Source: Rhizodiscina lignyota
Lineage: Eukaryota
Assembly: GCA_010015805.1 (NCBI GenBank)
Contig: ML978124.1
Span: forward strand, 1,860,001 to 1,924,000
Direction of reading: 5' to 3'
Length of the DNA stretch: 64,000 bases
Below the pieces are notes generated by a model, which saw only the letters and a program-made list of their open reading frames with translations, did no database searches and was not told the origin of the DNA. A program made the position numbers and the translations under genes. Positions within the stretch are counted from its first letter, which is position 1; every line of letters starts with the position of its first letter. Of this stretch, positions 38,183-50,122 are shown piece by piece.

Positions 38183-39284
38183 CTACAGTTTCGAGCTTGT
38201 TCCGGTCTTACCCTTAGCTTTTCTCACCACATCAAGCGGTTCCCACCAAGGATATGCTTCTGGCGCTGATTCTTCGAGGGTACCAGTGAAGTTCACGGGA
38301 CGCTTCTCTAAGAAGGACTTGACACCTTCCTTGTTATCTCTGCGCATTGAATCATTAGCTAGTCAATTGGGCGACATGATGAGGTTGTGCCAAACTTACG
38401 TCGTGCTAAACAAATGGTAAATGATTCTTGAGTCAAGTAAATGTGCACCCTCTGGTGAATCTGGATTCCGCCACATCATTTCTTTCATCAACTGCGTGCT
38501 GACCACACTCGTATTCTTCGCGATCTCGTCTGCAAGCTCCAATGCTCGCGGAAGTACCTGATCCGGTGTATCTAATGTTTCGGAGAAGAGACCATCGACC
38601 AATTTGCTATCAGCTGTGTATACAGCGCCGGTAGTGATAAGATGCATTGCTCTCGATAGGCCTATCAGCTTTGGTAGGAAGTAGCTAGAGCATGCCTCCA
38701 TAACAAGCCCGCGCCGTGCAAAAACGAAGCCGATCTTTGCACCTTTGTATGCGATACGGATGCTCATCGGTAAGGTCATTGTGATCCCAACGCCAACTGC
38801 TGAGCCTTGGAGAGCCCCAATGACAGGCTTGCGGCAATTGTATATGGCCAGGGATACTCGGCCGCCACTGTATACTCGCGAAAGGGCGTTAGCATTGACC
38901 ATTTTGACACTCGACTAATCCGACGAGCTGTATGACTGGACAGAGTGGTACATACCCGTCCCTGTGATCGTTCACCCTCTCTTGTCCCCCCTGAAAGCTT
39001 CCCATTTTTGGTGTCAAATCTGCACCTGCGCAGAAGATGCGCCCAGACGATGTCACCACGATACACTTGACCCGATCATCGAGGTCAAAGTATTGGAACG
39101 CCTGCTCCATCTCCTCCATCATCCGCCCGGTGAAGGCATGGTGAGCTTTGGGTCGGTTAAGCGAGAGAACAATGATAGGAGTTGCAGTCGGTGAGCTCTC
39201 TGGGTAGTGTGAACATCGGATGTCTTGGAACGGGAGGGAGGAATAGGAGGACGGGATCGTAACGTCGGCTGGTGGGTTAGGCAT
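38183..39284 (-). CDS. Peroxisomal enoyl-CoA hydratase/isomerase (crotonase), two introns, ends -SKL
   Basis: LNRPKAHHAFT, FCAGADL, GSAVGVGITMTLP, GFVFARRGLVMEACSS, YPWW..TSSKL*. Confidence 0.92.
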
Positions 39285-40222
39285 AATTGTTGCGGTACGA
39301 GCTAAGGAGATGTTTGAAGAATGTGATTGAGGAGATTAGCTCTGAATACTTAGCTCTTGAAGCCTAGGCTCGCACACGACTACAATTTGTCTTCAAGGTT
39401 GTGTGAAGGCACTTTGCGGAGAAGTTCGGTTGTTCAGCGGAGCCGGGGCCCCGCTGGTGTAGTAATAGTGCGGTAGGATATCGTATTTCGATACAATACG
39501 ACACCAAAGATGGACAGTCTTTCATTGACTTCGCCATCGGAATATGGGACCAGCAATGGTATTAAAGACGGCCGAGGCAGATGCTAAAACAATGCTCTGC
39601 AGAGAGAGAATTGAATAACATAGATATGATGGGTTACTTGTGTAGTGACCGATATCTTAAAATTCTAGTGACTTACACGTTCAAAGAGCCGCATGAAATA
39701 AATTAAAAAATAACAGATGGGATTAATAAGCATGTCACCGAGGCAGTAAGTTTCGTTACGAATGATACATCTTCCGCGGCTGCTTGAGCATTTCCGGTTC
39801 ACAGAATGCTCATCGGCTCTTCTGGAAATTATATCAATCAAGAGAAGGGCCATATTTCCCAAACCGGATCTTCATTCTGCACCCTGTAGCATGCTTGCCT
39901 TCTAGAACTCCAGTGTGCCGATCATGATTTTGTCGTATTGGAGTACTGGATTCCTCGTCGAATAGATAACGATGACCTTCTTCACATGGTAGGTAAATTT
40001 GAAAGAAAATAGACGAGTTTGGGGTACTTGAGACGAAATTGAAGCGGGATTGGGTCACGACGTATCACGTTGGTTGCGGAGGACCCGTCAAGACCATTAG
40101 ATCAAGACGCTCAAGCAGAGCTTTCCATTTGATGCTATCCACGTTTGCTGTTCAGGATCACTGAACAAGAAATGCTCTTGAATGCACCCCGCATGACCAG
40201 ATGAAACCCACAATGCACACGC

Positions 40223-41224
40223 TCAGTAGAAAGTCGATGGTCTCCTTGCAGCGAACACCTTGTTCGTCACAGCCTTGCTGACGCGGGCAGGGAGAGGGAA
40301 TTTGAGGTCCTTGGTGAGGAGCTGCTTCATGTAGGGGCGCTTGACGTCGTCCGTCTTCTCAAGCTCAACGACGCGAAGGATCTAGTGAATTGTGAGTGAT
40401 ATTGAATCACAGATTTGAGTTATACATACGTGAACCGATCGGAAACGGGATCGATGGCGCGCAGCCATGTCTTGGTAGAGGGCATCGACCGCATCAGTTC
40501 GAGACATCTCACGGTACTCCTTGTACATGTTGTGCGTTCCGGAGCGCGAATCGTAGCGGATCCAGATGCCGAAGTTCTTGACCTTCTGGGGGCGCTTCTC
40601 CGCGATCTACAAGTACATAATGGTTAGCCAGTTGGTCTGTAGAGCTGGGAATCCCCAAGAATTGTGTGCCACCCGTGGTGTACGATCCGCGTACCTGGTT
40701 CAGCGACACAATCTCGCCATTTGCCTTCTTGATCTTGCGCAGCTTGCCGAGGAAATACCAGAATCGTGACTTTGCAACGACGTCGTTGGGTGCGAAGATG
40801 CGCATGCGGAAGAGTTTCGGAGTAGGGTTGGCGTCAGAGGGCAGATGGCGCCCAATGACCTGATATTCCTGTAGGCGACCTATATCCCGCTTGTTAGCTT
40901 CCAAGACCATCTTAAGCAATATCGGTTATTTCATCTGTGTCGTAGAAGCGCGAGCGACCGTTCGTGGATCCAGTTGCTGAGGAATTCAAAGCCTGCCCTT
41001 CAGGTTTGAAGGACCGTGGCACTGTGCGAGACCTCTTTCAACCAGGCATTCTTCTCCCAACTCTATGCCGCCTTGAATGGGATTCACTCCCATCATATGT
41101 TAGTGTTTCGGAGACGTCGTTGAATTTAGTGAAGAGGCTGAGGTATCGTTGCCGTTGAACTTCGAGTGGTCGCTTGCGCCTCGCTGCATGGGCTGCACTA
41201 GGAAAAGAATCACGACTTACCCAT
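40223..41224 (-). CDS. RPL20: 60S ribosomal protein L20 (eL20); 4-nt first coding exon, intron 1 = 41220-40880
   Basis: [70 protein letters not shown]. Confidence 0.97.
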
Positions 41225-41479
41225 CTGCAATTTGTTAGTTCAGATCTATTCGTCAAGTTTTTGGGAGTCTCTTGCCTTTCTGTGCGTTAAGGTGGTCGTC
41301 CTGCAGAAGTTGCTGTTCTCGTTTCGCAAATTCGAGAACTTGTCAAGGCGCGGTGTGGGTTGTTGAGCACGGAGAATCTAAATTTCCGAACATCTCTAAC
41401 CTAGTCCAAAATAGGCAAGGCACCAATCCATGCAATACATTATCGAAAGTTTTGAGACTTGTGGTTCTCACTTTTTTAT

Positions 41480-42580
41480 TATCAGGGAATTTTCAAAACT
41501 GCTCACTTTTATAGCAAGCAACGATATTTGGGGGCGCTCAGTTTCTATTTTCGGCGTTACAGTTGGCTTTGCAGCTACGAGACAGTTGAAGAAGCGTTCA
41601 GGCTCCTCCAAGGGAACAGATAATAATGTGCGTCGCCAGAGTCTCATGCAAACGTTGAAGAGAGAGAAGAGTATTTGCATTAATCGTGAACTGTACTGAT
41701 GAAGCCTTTTTCTTCATATTTCATCAAGTTTTGCTTGATCTCTTTCATGGCGGCTTTTCTCAGATAATAACTGATCGACCCAACTCCGTACACTTTCTCC
41801 AGTTCGCCGATTGCGAAATCTGCATTGTGACAGAATGTGAAGTGGGCTGGCGTCTCTCTACAACGTCTCTATACCACCGCGTTCACGTCTGCACCGAACC
41901 GTAATAAGGCTAATCCAGCGCTCGACGGTAACTCGCAAGGGGTTATAGATCGGCCGTGGACATTGGCTGTTCAACTCGTTCCTAAGGCGTGTTCGAGGAA
42001 GTATCCTTCCGGTGAACAGAGGTATTCGTGATAGTGAAGCGCCACTGCTAGAAGTGAGACATGCGACTCATTCGACTGTTCGCGGGCGACCCCGAGGAAT
42101 GTGATTGATCCGTAGCTTGGCTGGCTTTGTCGGACAGCCCACACTAGGAGGTGACAGACCGAACTGGTATGTTGCTGGCGATGCATGGAATTACTGTTTG
42201 TGAGGAGAGCTTCAATCCTAAGAGTGATCTCAACAGTTCTCGGACACCTCTCACTCGGCAATATTCCACAGCGAATGGCAACAGCCCTTCCGCATACATG
42301 CGAGGTATTCTTATGGCGTCAAGAGCCGCCGTGCCTGAAGGATTCTCAAAGATACCGTAAATAGCGTACTGAGATCCATGAGAGTTGAAAATCAAATAAC
42401 TGAGGTTACGGACATGGAGTTCACTGTCTCCAATGACCTCATCAGTCCATCTCTTAAGGGCAGGCATAACGCACAATTGGCAGTAATCGGTCAAGTTTGA
42501 AAGACCACCGGCTACAGCTCCGACTCCTCCCTGACACCTAATACATACCGCGCGAAAGGCAACAATATACCATGTCCAAT
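41480..42580 (-). pseudogene. Possible relic of the C-terminal (ankyrin-like) part of a NACHT/NLR-type gene
   Basis: Broken frames giving EGLLPFAVEYCRVRGVRELL, SLLAVALHY and ALLRFGADVNA in plausible order; stops and frameshifts between them. Confidence 0.35.
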
Positions 42581-43234
42581 GAAGATCTGAGAGACAGAAT
42601 TTAACTCCCTCGACGAGACGTGCATGCGGGAAACAACAAAAACAAGGTGAGGCGAGTGATCGTGTCTATTGACATCTTGGACGGAGGATTAAACAGACGA
42701 AAAGTCTTGTAATGCGATAAGTAGAACCTAATGGCGGCGTTCAAGGGAAATATAGGGAAGACATTTGACCTTGGTTGAGGCTTCGCAAAGAGGCTGCGCC
42801 TTTGGTAGCCTGGCGGCTACTTTAACTGCATGCCTTACCAGAAATGAAAAAGTCAAGAGTATAATGAGATTGACGTGGATTTCTTTAAAGACTCCCCTGT
42901 AGCATAACACATAGTGGAAGAGCATATCTATGCTTGATGAAAGTAAGGAGGTGAGAGAGCTAGCAACAAGAGCTGTCCTCGGTGGAATATGCAACGCTTA
43001 GCACCGGAATATGGGTACCACCGGCAACCGGCGGCGGAGGCGGCCCCTCCCGCAACAACACGCCTTGCCAACCCGCACAACACAAACAAAACAATCAGTG
43101 CAAATATTTCCCGAACATCAAACCCACTACCTACCAGGCTCACTAATCTCCCTGATCACATCACCTGAGTGTTCAGCGACTAACGACATGCTGTGATACT
43201 GTCTTCGAACCCGACATTCACCCCCACGTCCAAC

Positions 43235-45084
43235 ATGGACGCGCACTTGAGCCAAATCAGAGAGGCTCTTCGATCCCAGGACGGCTACGCTCTCGCTGCG
43301 GCTCTCACTCCTGCGGCTCCTGCGAATGATCCGACGCGACTTCACACTCTCTACCGCGATGATATTACCTTGAACGCTGTTCAGGCTGAAATCCGCCATG
43401 CCGTCACATACCACGACGGGGTGAAGCTATCGAAGGCAGAAAGAACCGCGTGGACTGAGGTTTTTGGGAACCACTGGAAAGCGATTGTCGAGATCGTGAA
43501 CGCGGAGCAAGGTAGAGAGCGTGACTCAAGCTGGACAAAAGCTTTCGAAGCTTGGAAAGAGGTTTTGAATGCACTGATTCGTGGTTACCAAACGAGTGTT
43601 TTCGAGGCATGGTCGATACCGTGCTTGTACGTTGGCGGGAACTACCTCAGGAAGTTTGCGATCAAGGCGGACAAGCAGGCTGAGATCCAGCAAGGTAGCG
43701 TGACGTTCAATGCCGGATTCCAGGACGATATTGTGGGTGCGTTGGATCAGCATGAGACACTAGAGGAAGCAGGCAGGCAGATCAACAGGATATACACCCT
43801 GTGCATTACCGATCGGTGAGAAGTAGCACGCGTAGAGATTTCGCATCAACTGTACTGACAATGGACATAGTGCTCCCCTCGAAGAATCCCGCAAGTGGGG
43901 CGTATATTACGTGACCAATCTACTGTTCAAGACATACTTCATGGTAAGATACCAAAACAAATGCATTAGAAGGACATCGATACTCTGCGATACTAATAGC
44001 CGCAGTTGAATCGCATCAGCCTGTGCAAGAATGTCATGCGTTCATTGCAGACAACAGAGCCTGACTTGCCACCTCTCGATGCCTTTCCAAAGTCACAGCA
44101 AGTCACCTTCAAGTACTATGCAGGCGTGATATACTTTCTGGAGGAGGACTACGCGAAAGTATGCATTGCACCATGCGAACCGAAGTTACAGCTGCTCAGA
44201 TGCTAATGCGCTTTTGCCACTATTAGGCAGAACAATACCTCACATCGGCCTATGAGCTCTGCCACAAAGACGCACAGAGGAATCGCGAGTAAGCAGGTCT
44301 AAAACCCCAAAGGCAACGAAAGTTGTACTAATAAATGATTTGTTGCGCAGACTCATCCTCACCTATCTCGTACCCTGTCACCTTGTGACAACGCATACCC
44401 TCCCCACCCCTGCCCTTCTCGCGCCATATCCACGTCTACAAGCACTGTTCACTCCACTTTCGCGCGCCATCAAGCGAGGCGACCTTGGTGCCTTCGATGC
44501 TGCGCTCACAGCTGGCGAGGAAGAGTTCATCAAACGGCGCATCTATTTGACGCTCGAACGAGGCAGGGATATCGCGCTGCGCAATCTGTTCCGGAAGGTC
44601 TTCATAGTGGGTGGCTTTGAGCCTCTGAAAGAAGGCCAGACAGAGGAGCAGAGGATCAGGCGCACAAGAATACCCATCGAGGAATTTGCGGCCGCAGTAA
44701 GATTGGCCAGCCGTGTCCCGGGCGGAGAAGTTAATGGAGGCGGCTTTGGTGCAGAAGAGATCGAGCAAGATGAAGTGGAATGCTTGCTGGCCAATATGAT
44801 TTATAAGGTGCGTGCATATCCTGTTGCCTACCTCAAGATCAACACGTGGCATATATCGATGCCTATCGAGGGCTTCGTCGCTGCCTTACATTGGACCATT
44901 GCATCTCGATATCTTCTTCAAGCTTCTGTATCTGGTTTGACGGCCTATGCGCCGCGCCATGCTCGGATGAATCAAAAGCTGACGTTCCATATCGCAGAAC
45001 CTCATGAAAGGCTACATCTCCCGCGAGCATGGCAAAGTCGTCCTGAGCAAGGGCGGCACAGCCTTTCCGGGCACAGGGGTCTGA
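43235..45084 (+). CDS. CSN12: PCI-domain protein Csn12/PCID2, multi-exon
   Basis: [94 protein letters not shown]. Confidence 0.92.
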
Positions 45085-46455
45085 TGCAACTGCCGTCTAT
45101 CAGACCACTACGGCGATTGGCCTGTTGATCCCAGAACTTGGACCGTCTAGACTACGACAACCCGACACACCTGGACGTAGGACCATTGTCTCGCTTCCAC
45201 CCTACCGTAACGAGCTGTAAGTCTCTTGTCACATTAAAGGCAATCGAGGTTCACTGTCTCACAAGGCATCAGACGCGTCTCATCTCCGGATCGATCACAG
45301 TTGCCTAGCATCGCCGCACAACTTCTTCATCCCCGATCGTCTACACTCGTCCCAGCTTCGATACTCACTTTCCCAACACCCTGCTCATCATTCGGCTACG
45401 ACGTCGCACACTCTTACTGCGCCCTCGCCAAGGCCTTTCCGCCCTTTCCCAGTCGCCCACAGACGCATGTACCTCTGACTCACATCCTCGATCAACTTGC
45501 TTACCCAGCACTTTGGAAACATACTCAGCCCCCACGCAGTGCAAACGGAAGACCCTGGATTGAGTCAGGACGGGGATGATCATGGGTAGCTGCGAGTTTA
45601 TTTGCATTGCATGGAGTTTGCGCTAGCGATGCATAGTTGTGCGTTTCTCGGCCTCTTTGGGCCCACCAAAGTTCCTGACGGTTTCACGACTGCTTATTGG
45701 ATGGTACGATAAAGTTGAGCGAAGGTTCTAGAGAAAGGGCCAGCACATGGTATGAGCCGCATCTCTGCGAATGTTGCATTTATACACAGTTATGCAGTTC
45801 GAGGCCGCTCAAGTCGCTGGTTGAGTCACATGGAACGGAAAAGTGTATAACTGCCAGTTTCAGAGATCAATGCATTCTGGTGTCAGTCTAGATCCTAGAG
45901 TTGCCTCGGATTTCTCAATACCCCAATCTCAATAATGCATATGCCATTTTTCTGCTCGCAGTCCCGCCGCCTGAGCCCATTTGATTGCGGCCGGAAGCCC
46001 GCCCTTATCCGCCGATGCACTACAGTAAAGCTTCAGAAAGTAATCAAACCCGCCGTTACATATTTCCAGTGCTTTTGAGCCTTCTCGCTTGCGAAACGGT
46101 GGAAATAAAATGTCCTATAAATGCACCGTGAACGAGATGTTGAGAATGGAAAGATGTGGGGGTATGTTTACAGGGGTTCCAATCCAAAGTCCATATGCAC
46201 CTCGTGAACGCCATGCAGAAAGACAACAAGCGCAAATATGTACAAGAAGGGTATATTACCAAACGAATCCAAAATCACGCAAAATGAACCGAAAGAAAGA
46301 CAAGCAGAGTTGTGAGTCATGAATGGTACTGGAAGGAGAATAGTGTGAGTGCGACAGGCATTGAAAGTGACAAGGCGAGAACAGAGCATTCACGTGCGAA
46401 CACGTCGTCCTCGTGTTTATTGGCGGGCTTTGGACCGCGTAGGGCGGCTGCGGGC

Positions 46456-47462
46456 TTAATGAGGCTGCATATCATCCTATTAAATATCGTTAGTCGCAAG
46501 GATTGGCTTGTATTTGGGCAACGTTAACAACGTGATGGAAGCAGATGGAAGACGTACCATGTGGTTCACCATCGCCACGAACAAATCAAAGAACAGCTTG
46601 CCGCCTGACTCCATCTCGTTCTGCATCGTGCCGCTGCGCTTGAACGTGTGCCTCGAGCGAATGATGAGTGCGAGGTAGTGCGCGCGCAGCTTCGAGTCGT
46701 TGTCGGATGTGTTGGCATACGCATATCGGGCCGATGTGAGTATAGTGCTGCATTGCACGCCCGATTGAAGGCCTTGCTTGCGCAGTGCAAGACGTTGGAG
46801 TTCGGGGAGGTTGTACTTTTGGGCAACGCACTGCTGACGCGTCAGTATGAGAGTCGACTACGATGGTGCCAGATAGTTGGGATGACTTACGTAGATGACG
46901 GTGTCCTTGAGGATGTTCACGCCAGTGCCATTGATGTAAACCGTAGTCTCAACGCTACTGCGCCCAACATTGTTCCCATCTTCGAGTGACCAACTGTTTC
47001 GCTTCTTGTCCATGACAAGGCGAGGATAGTAGTCGCCCTTGTACAGGTACTCGAGGACGGATGAGAATATTTCGGGCTCTTCGTCAGGAAGGCTGATTTG
47101 CCTTGGGCCGCCTTCCCAGAATTGGCCTTGGATGATATGTTGAAAGTAAGAAGAGTTGCTGAGGACATCTTCGTGGGCAGCGAAGAGGCGTTGGTCACGA
47201 CCGACACTGACAGTGATGATGGGCGATGTCAGGGAGCTGAGATGAGTGAGCATATAACGACGAGGTAATTGATTTGGATGCCTAATACGTACGGTGAAGT
47301 CTGAGGTGTAGTCTGTGGAGTAGTCTGAGCTGATGTGGATGCTGCTTCCTCGAATCGTCGTGAGACCTTGGGATCGCGAAATGAAGACTTCGCTTTCTTG
47401 GAACTCTTGCCCGCCCGATTTTTCGAAAAGGAGTCGTACTTTGATCTTGGAGTGCTGAACAT
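46456..47462 (-). CDS. Conserved fungal BTB/POZ domain protein, three introns
   Basis: SPIITVSVGRDQRLFAAHEDVL, LPDEEPEIFSSVLEYLYKGDY, SARYAYANT..LRAHYLALIIRSR..LFFDLFVAMVNHM/DDMQPH*. Confidence 0.9.
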
Positions 47463-47994
47463 GTTTGCGGCTATTTCTCAGGTGTCTGAGATGGACGAAG
47501 TGATGTGGCAGAAATGTCTGAGGATGGGGGGAGACACGGCAAGCTTATATACTCGACGCAGGATCAGGCAATGCAGGATTCGCAGGCGTCAGTCCTCAGG
47601 CAGCCATTCCAAAACGCTAGAAAGGCAAGAAAATGTGAACGGAACAGCGAGGAATAAGTACCTTGCCTTTATCGCTGCCAGCCTCTTGCCTTCGGCCGGG
47701 GATATGGGCGCAGGCTGTCTGGCAACATTTTCTTGGAAGACGTGATTGGACGCGTCGGGGCTTGGACCCCCCTCGCGAGCTTGACACGGAAACACATGAT
47801 ATTTGTGAGTCAATCTGGAGCTCATTATCTTTACCAAAGGAGTTTGGCGGGATTAATCTGCAACAAGCTCGCCGGGGAAGTGCATCCATGCAAGGATGAG
47901 CGCTGTGTCTCGGGTGCGACTAGACAGAATACAGGCAAACGGAGGGGGGATGGCTTGAGCAAGAGACATCTGGGGCTGACGACAAGGAAAGTGA

Positions 47995-48071
47995 GAAGTG
48001 TGGCAGACTGCGCAAGAAAAGAAAGACGTCCGACGCGGGAGGCCGCACAGGAACTGCATTCGATCACAGGA
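47995..48071. repeat. Copy 1 of a 77-bp dispersed direct repeat
   Basis: Aligns ungapped to 48488-48564 with 10 mismatches. Confidence 0.92.
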
Positions 48072-48487
48072 TTGATGACTGAAATGATGTGCGCGATGGC
48101 AACTTACTCGTTCGATATGACTCGCCAGCGTCGAGGCAGCGAGATTTGCGTTGTCTACGGAAGACTGTCGTGTTCCGCGAAGTCGTAACCCTTGCTCCGC
48201 CGTCAAGCCACTAGTGCTGCAGGTACTTTTCCCGCCACCAAAAGCAACGACGCATGTCCTCATGGAAGTGCGAATTATTCCCCTGAGCTGCATTCTTTGA
48301 TTGGTGAGCAGCGGGTAATTCTACGCGAAATGTCAGATCATTTACGAGGCCCTACACCTTCTTACAGCTCCAAGCATGCTTGATGACGAAACGTTTCCTG
48401 AGCTTCCCGTAGGAGGGATGCCTCGATATGTACCCGGACCTGCTTAGGGATGACCTTATTGTCGTAAGTCATTGGAGTCTCTTGGTT

Positions 48488-48564
48488 GAAGTGTGGCAGA
48501 CTGTGCAAGAAACGAAAGTCGTCCGACGCGTGAGGCCGCGCAAGAATTGTATTCGACCACAAGA
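48488..48564. repeat. Copy 2 of the 77-bp dispersed direct repeat
   Basis: Aligns ungapped to 47995-48071 with 10 mismatches. Confidence 0.92.
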
Positions 48565-48828
48565 TATACAGTATTGATGGGACTCAACAAGAACTCGAGA
48601 GTTTGTAAGGAAGACCAAGAGGTCTCTTGCTTCATATCTTTGTTCAAGCCATTTGAGTACACAGGACCCTGCTAATGTACAGATGATATTGATAGGAAAG
48701 AAGAGAGATTTCGGACGTCTGAAGCAAGAAAGCCAGGGATATTCAGAGATTATCACCGATACTTGATCACTTCGTGGATTGCTTCGCCGCCACAGCATCG
48801 ACTTTTGGACTTCGGCCCGTCTTTAGAA

Positions 48829-49810
48829 TTAGGACAGTGGCAATCCAGCCTGAGCACGTTTTCTGGCACGTTGCTTCGCCTTATTCGCCCGCTTTTTCGC
48901 CCTGTTGTCTACCTTCCACTCATCAGAACCATTCGCACGCTTCTCCTTCATCCGCTTGCTCTTCATCGCATTCTTCATCTTCTTTTGCTCCGCAGTCCGA
49001 ACCCTCTTCTGCTCCCACGCCTTCTTCCTCTCCTTCTGCTCCGCAGTCAGAACCCGCTCCCGGTCCTACGTCGCCTGCTTCGCCTTCTGTTCTGGAGTCT
49101 TAGGCTCTCTTGTGGCCTTCTTTTTGCCCTTGTTGTTAAACAATTTCGAACGCCTCGCCTCCAGGTGGCTTGAATCGAAGGACACCCCAAATTCCGCCGC
49201 CTGGGCCTTGTACAGAGCTATTTGCTGCGCAAGACGATCTTCGGGTGACTGCCACACAACAAACTCAATGTGGTCGTAGTAGTGCGTGATGAGCCCTGGT
49301 AGGTTGATAATTTAGAGAAGGGCTGTCATGAAGGGTCGTCCATGCTTCCCATAAACATTTATATGTCGACATCCAAAGCGATAGAGCAGCAGGACCAACT
49401 TCACGTTGTAAATACCCACAGGTCTAGGCGCGGAGAACTTCTGTACATCTCTTGGTCCTTTATCCGCCTCCCATCATCGCGGTACATCTTAAACTTCTGT
49501 ACGTGGTCCCAGAGCGCGTGCTTGCCTGTCCGATTCGGGAAATCAAGGGCACATTGGTGACCAATCCATCATGTGCGCCAATTCAACCTGATCCGTGAAA
49601 CTGTACGGTCGAACGAGGTCCTTCACCAATGCTTCCGGGTCCCGCGCGAGCATCTCGTCCTCAAGCCATTGGCAGATGTCGTCAATAGTCTCGTGTTTGG
49701 CATGCAGGCCTTGCTCCAATTGTGCTTGGATTGCTTGTTTCACTGCGGGGTCATCCTCGTTCTCAAATTCAACATTCACTGCTAAAGAAGCGTTGGACAC
49801 TGCGAAATCC
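48829..49810 (-). pseudogene. Interrupted gene with Lys/Arg-rich C-terminus and three 51-bp T(P/A)EQK repeats
   Basis: One frame reads ..MTALL*IINLPGL..KTPEQKAKQAT*DRERVLTAEQKERKKAWEQKRVRTAEQK..GLPLS*, with further stops/frameshift upstream. Confidence 0.6.
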
Positions 49811-50122
49811 TCAAAAGCTAATTAAACAATGTATGTCTGAACATTGATATGCTACAATCCCATGCCGTAGAGGAAATTTTGCACCGAGATGACCGTAATC
49901 GCGAGAGAAAACCAAACCAATCCAGCCCAGGTAAACATGAGCAGTTTCTCTTTTACTCAGTCTGTATATCACCGTCTATAAGTCTTCCGGTATGAACATC
50001 CAACCCGCGCTCGACGCCTGGACCTGCTAAATAATAATCAATCATACCGTCCTCTAACCCCGAACAGTACTGGGGAAGTCCAATTACCCAAGTGACAGCA
50101 ATAAAAACCACGACTAAAAGAG

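Noticed and set aside
47995..48564. Direct repeats as LTRs or a CRISPR array
   Set aside because: Only two 77-bp copies, no TG..CA termini, PBS or target-site duplication, and a eukaryotic context.
48469..48580. CxxC-x17-CxxC zinc-ribbon-like reading in another frame of the duplicated segment
   Set aside because: The second copy lacks the first Cys and most substitutions are non-synonymous in that frame.
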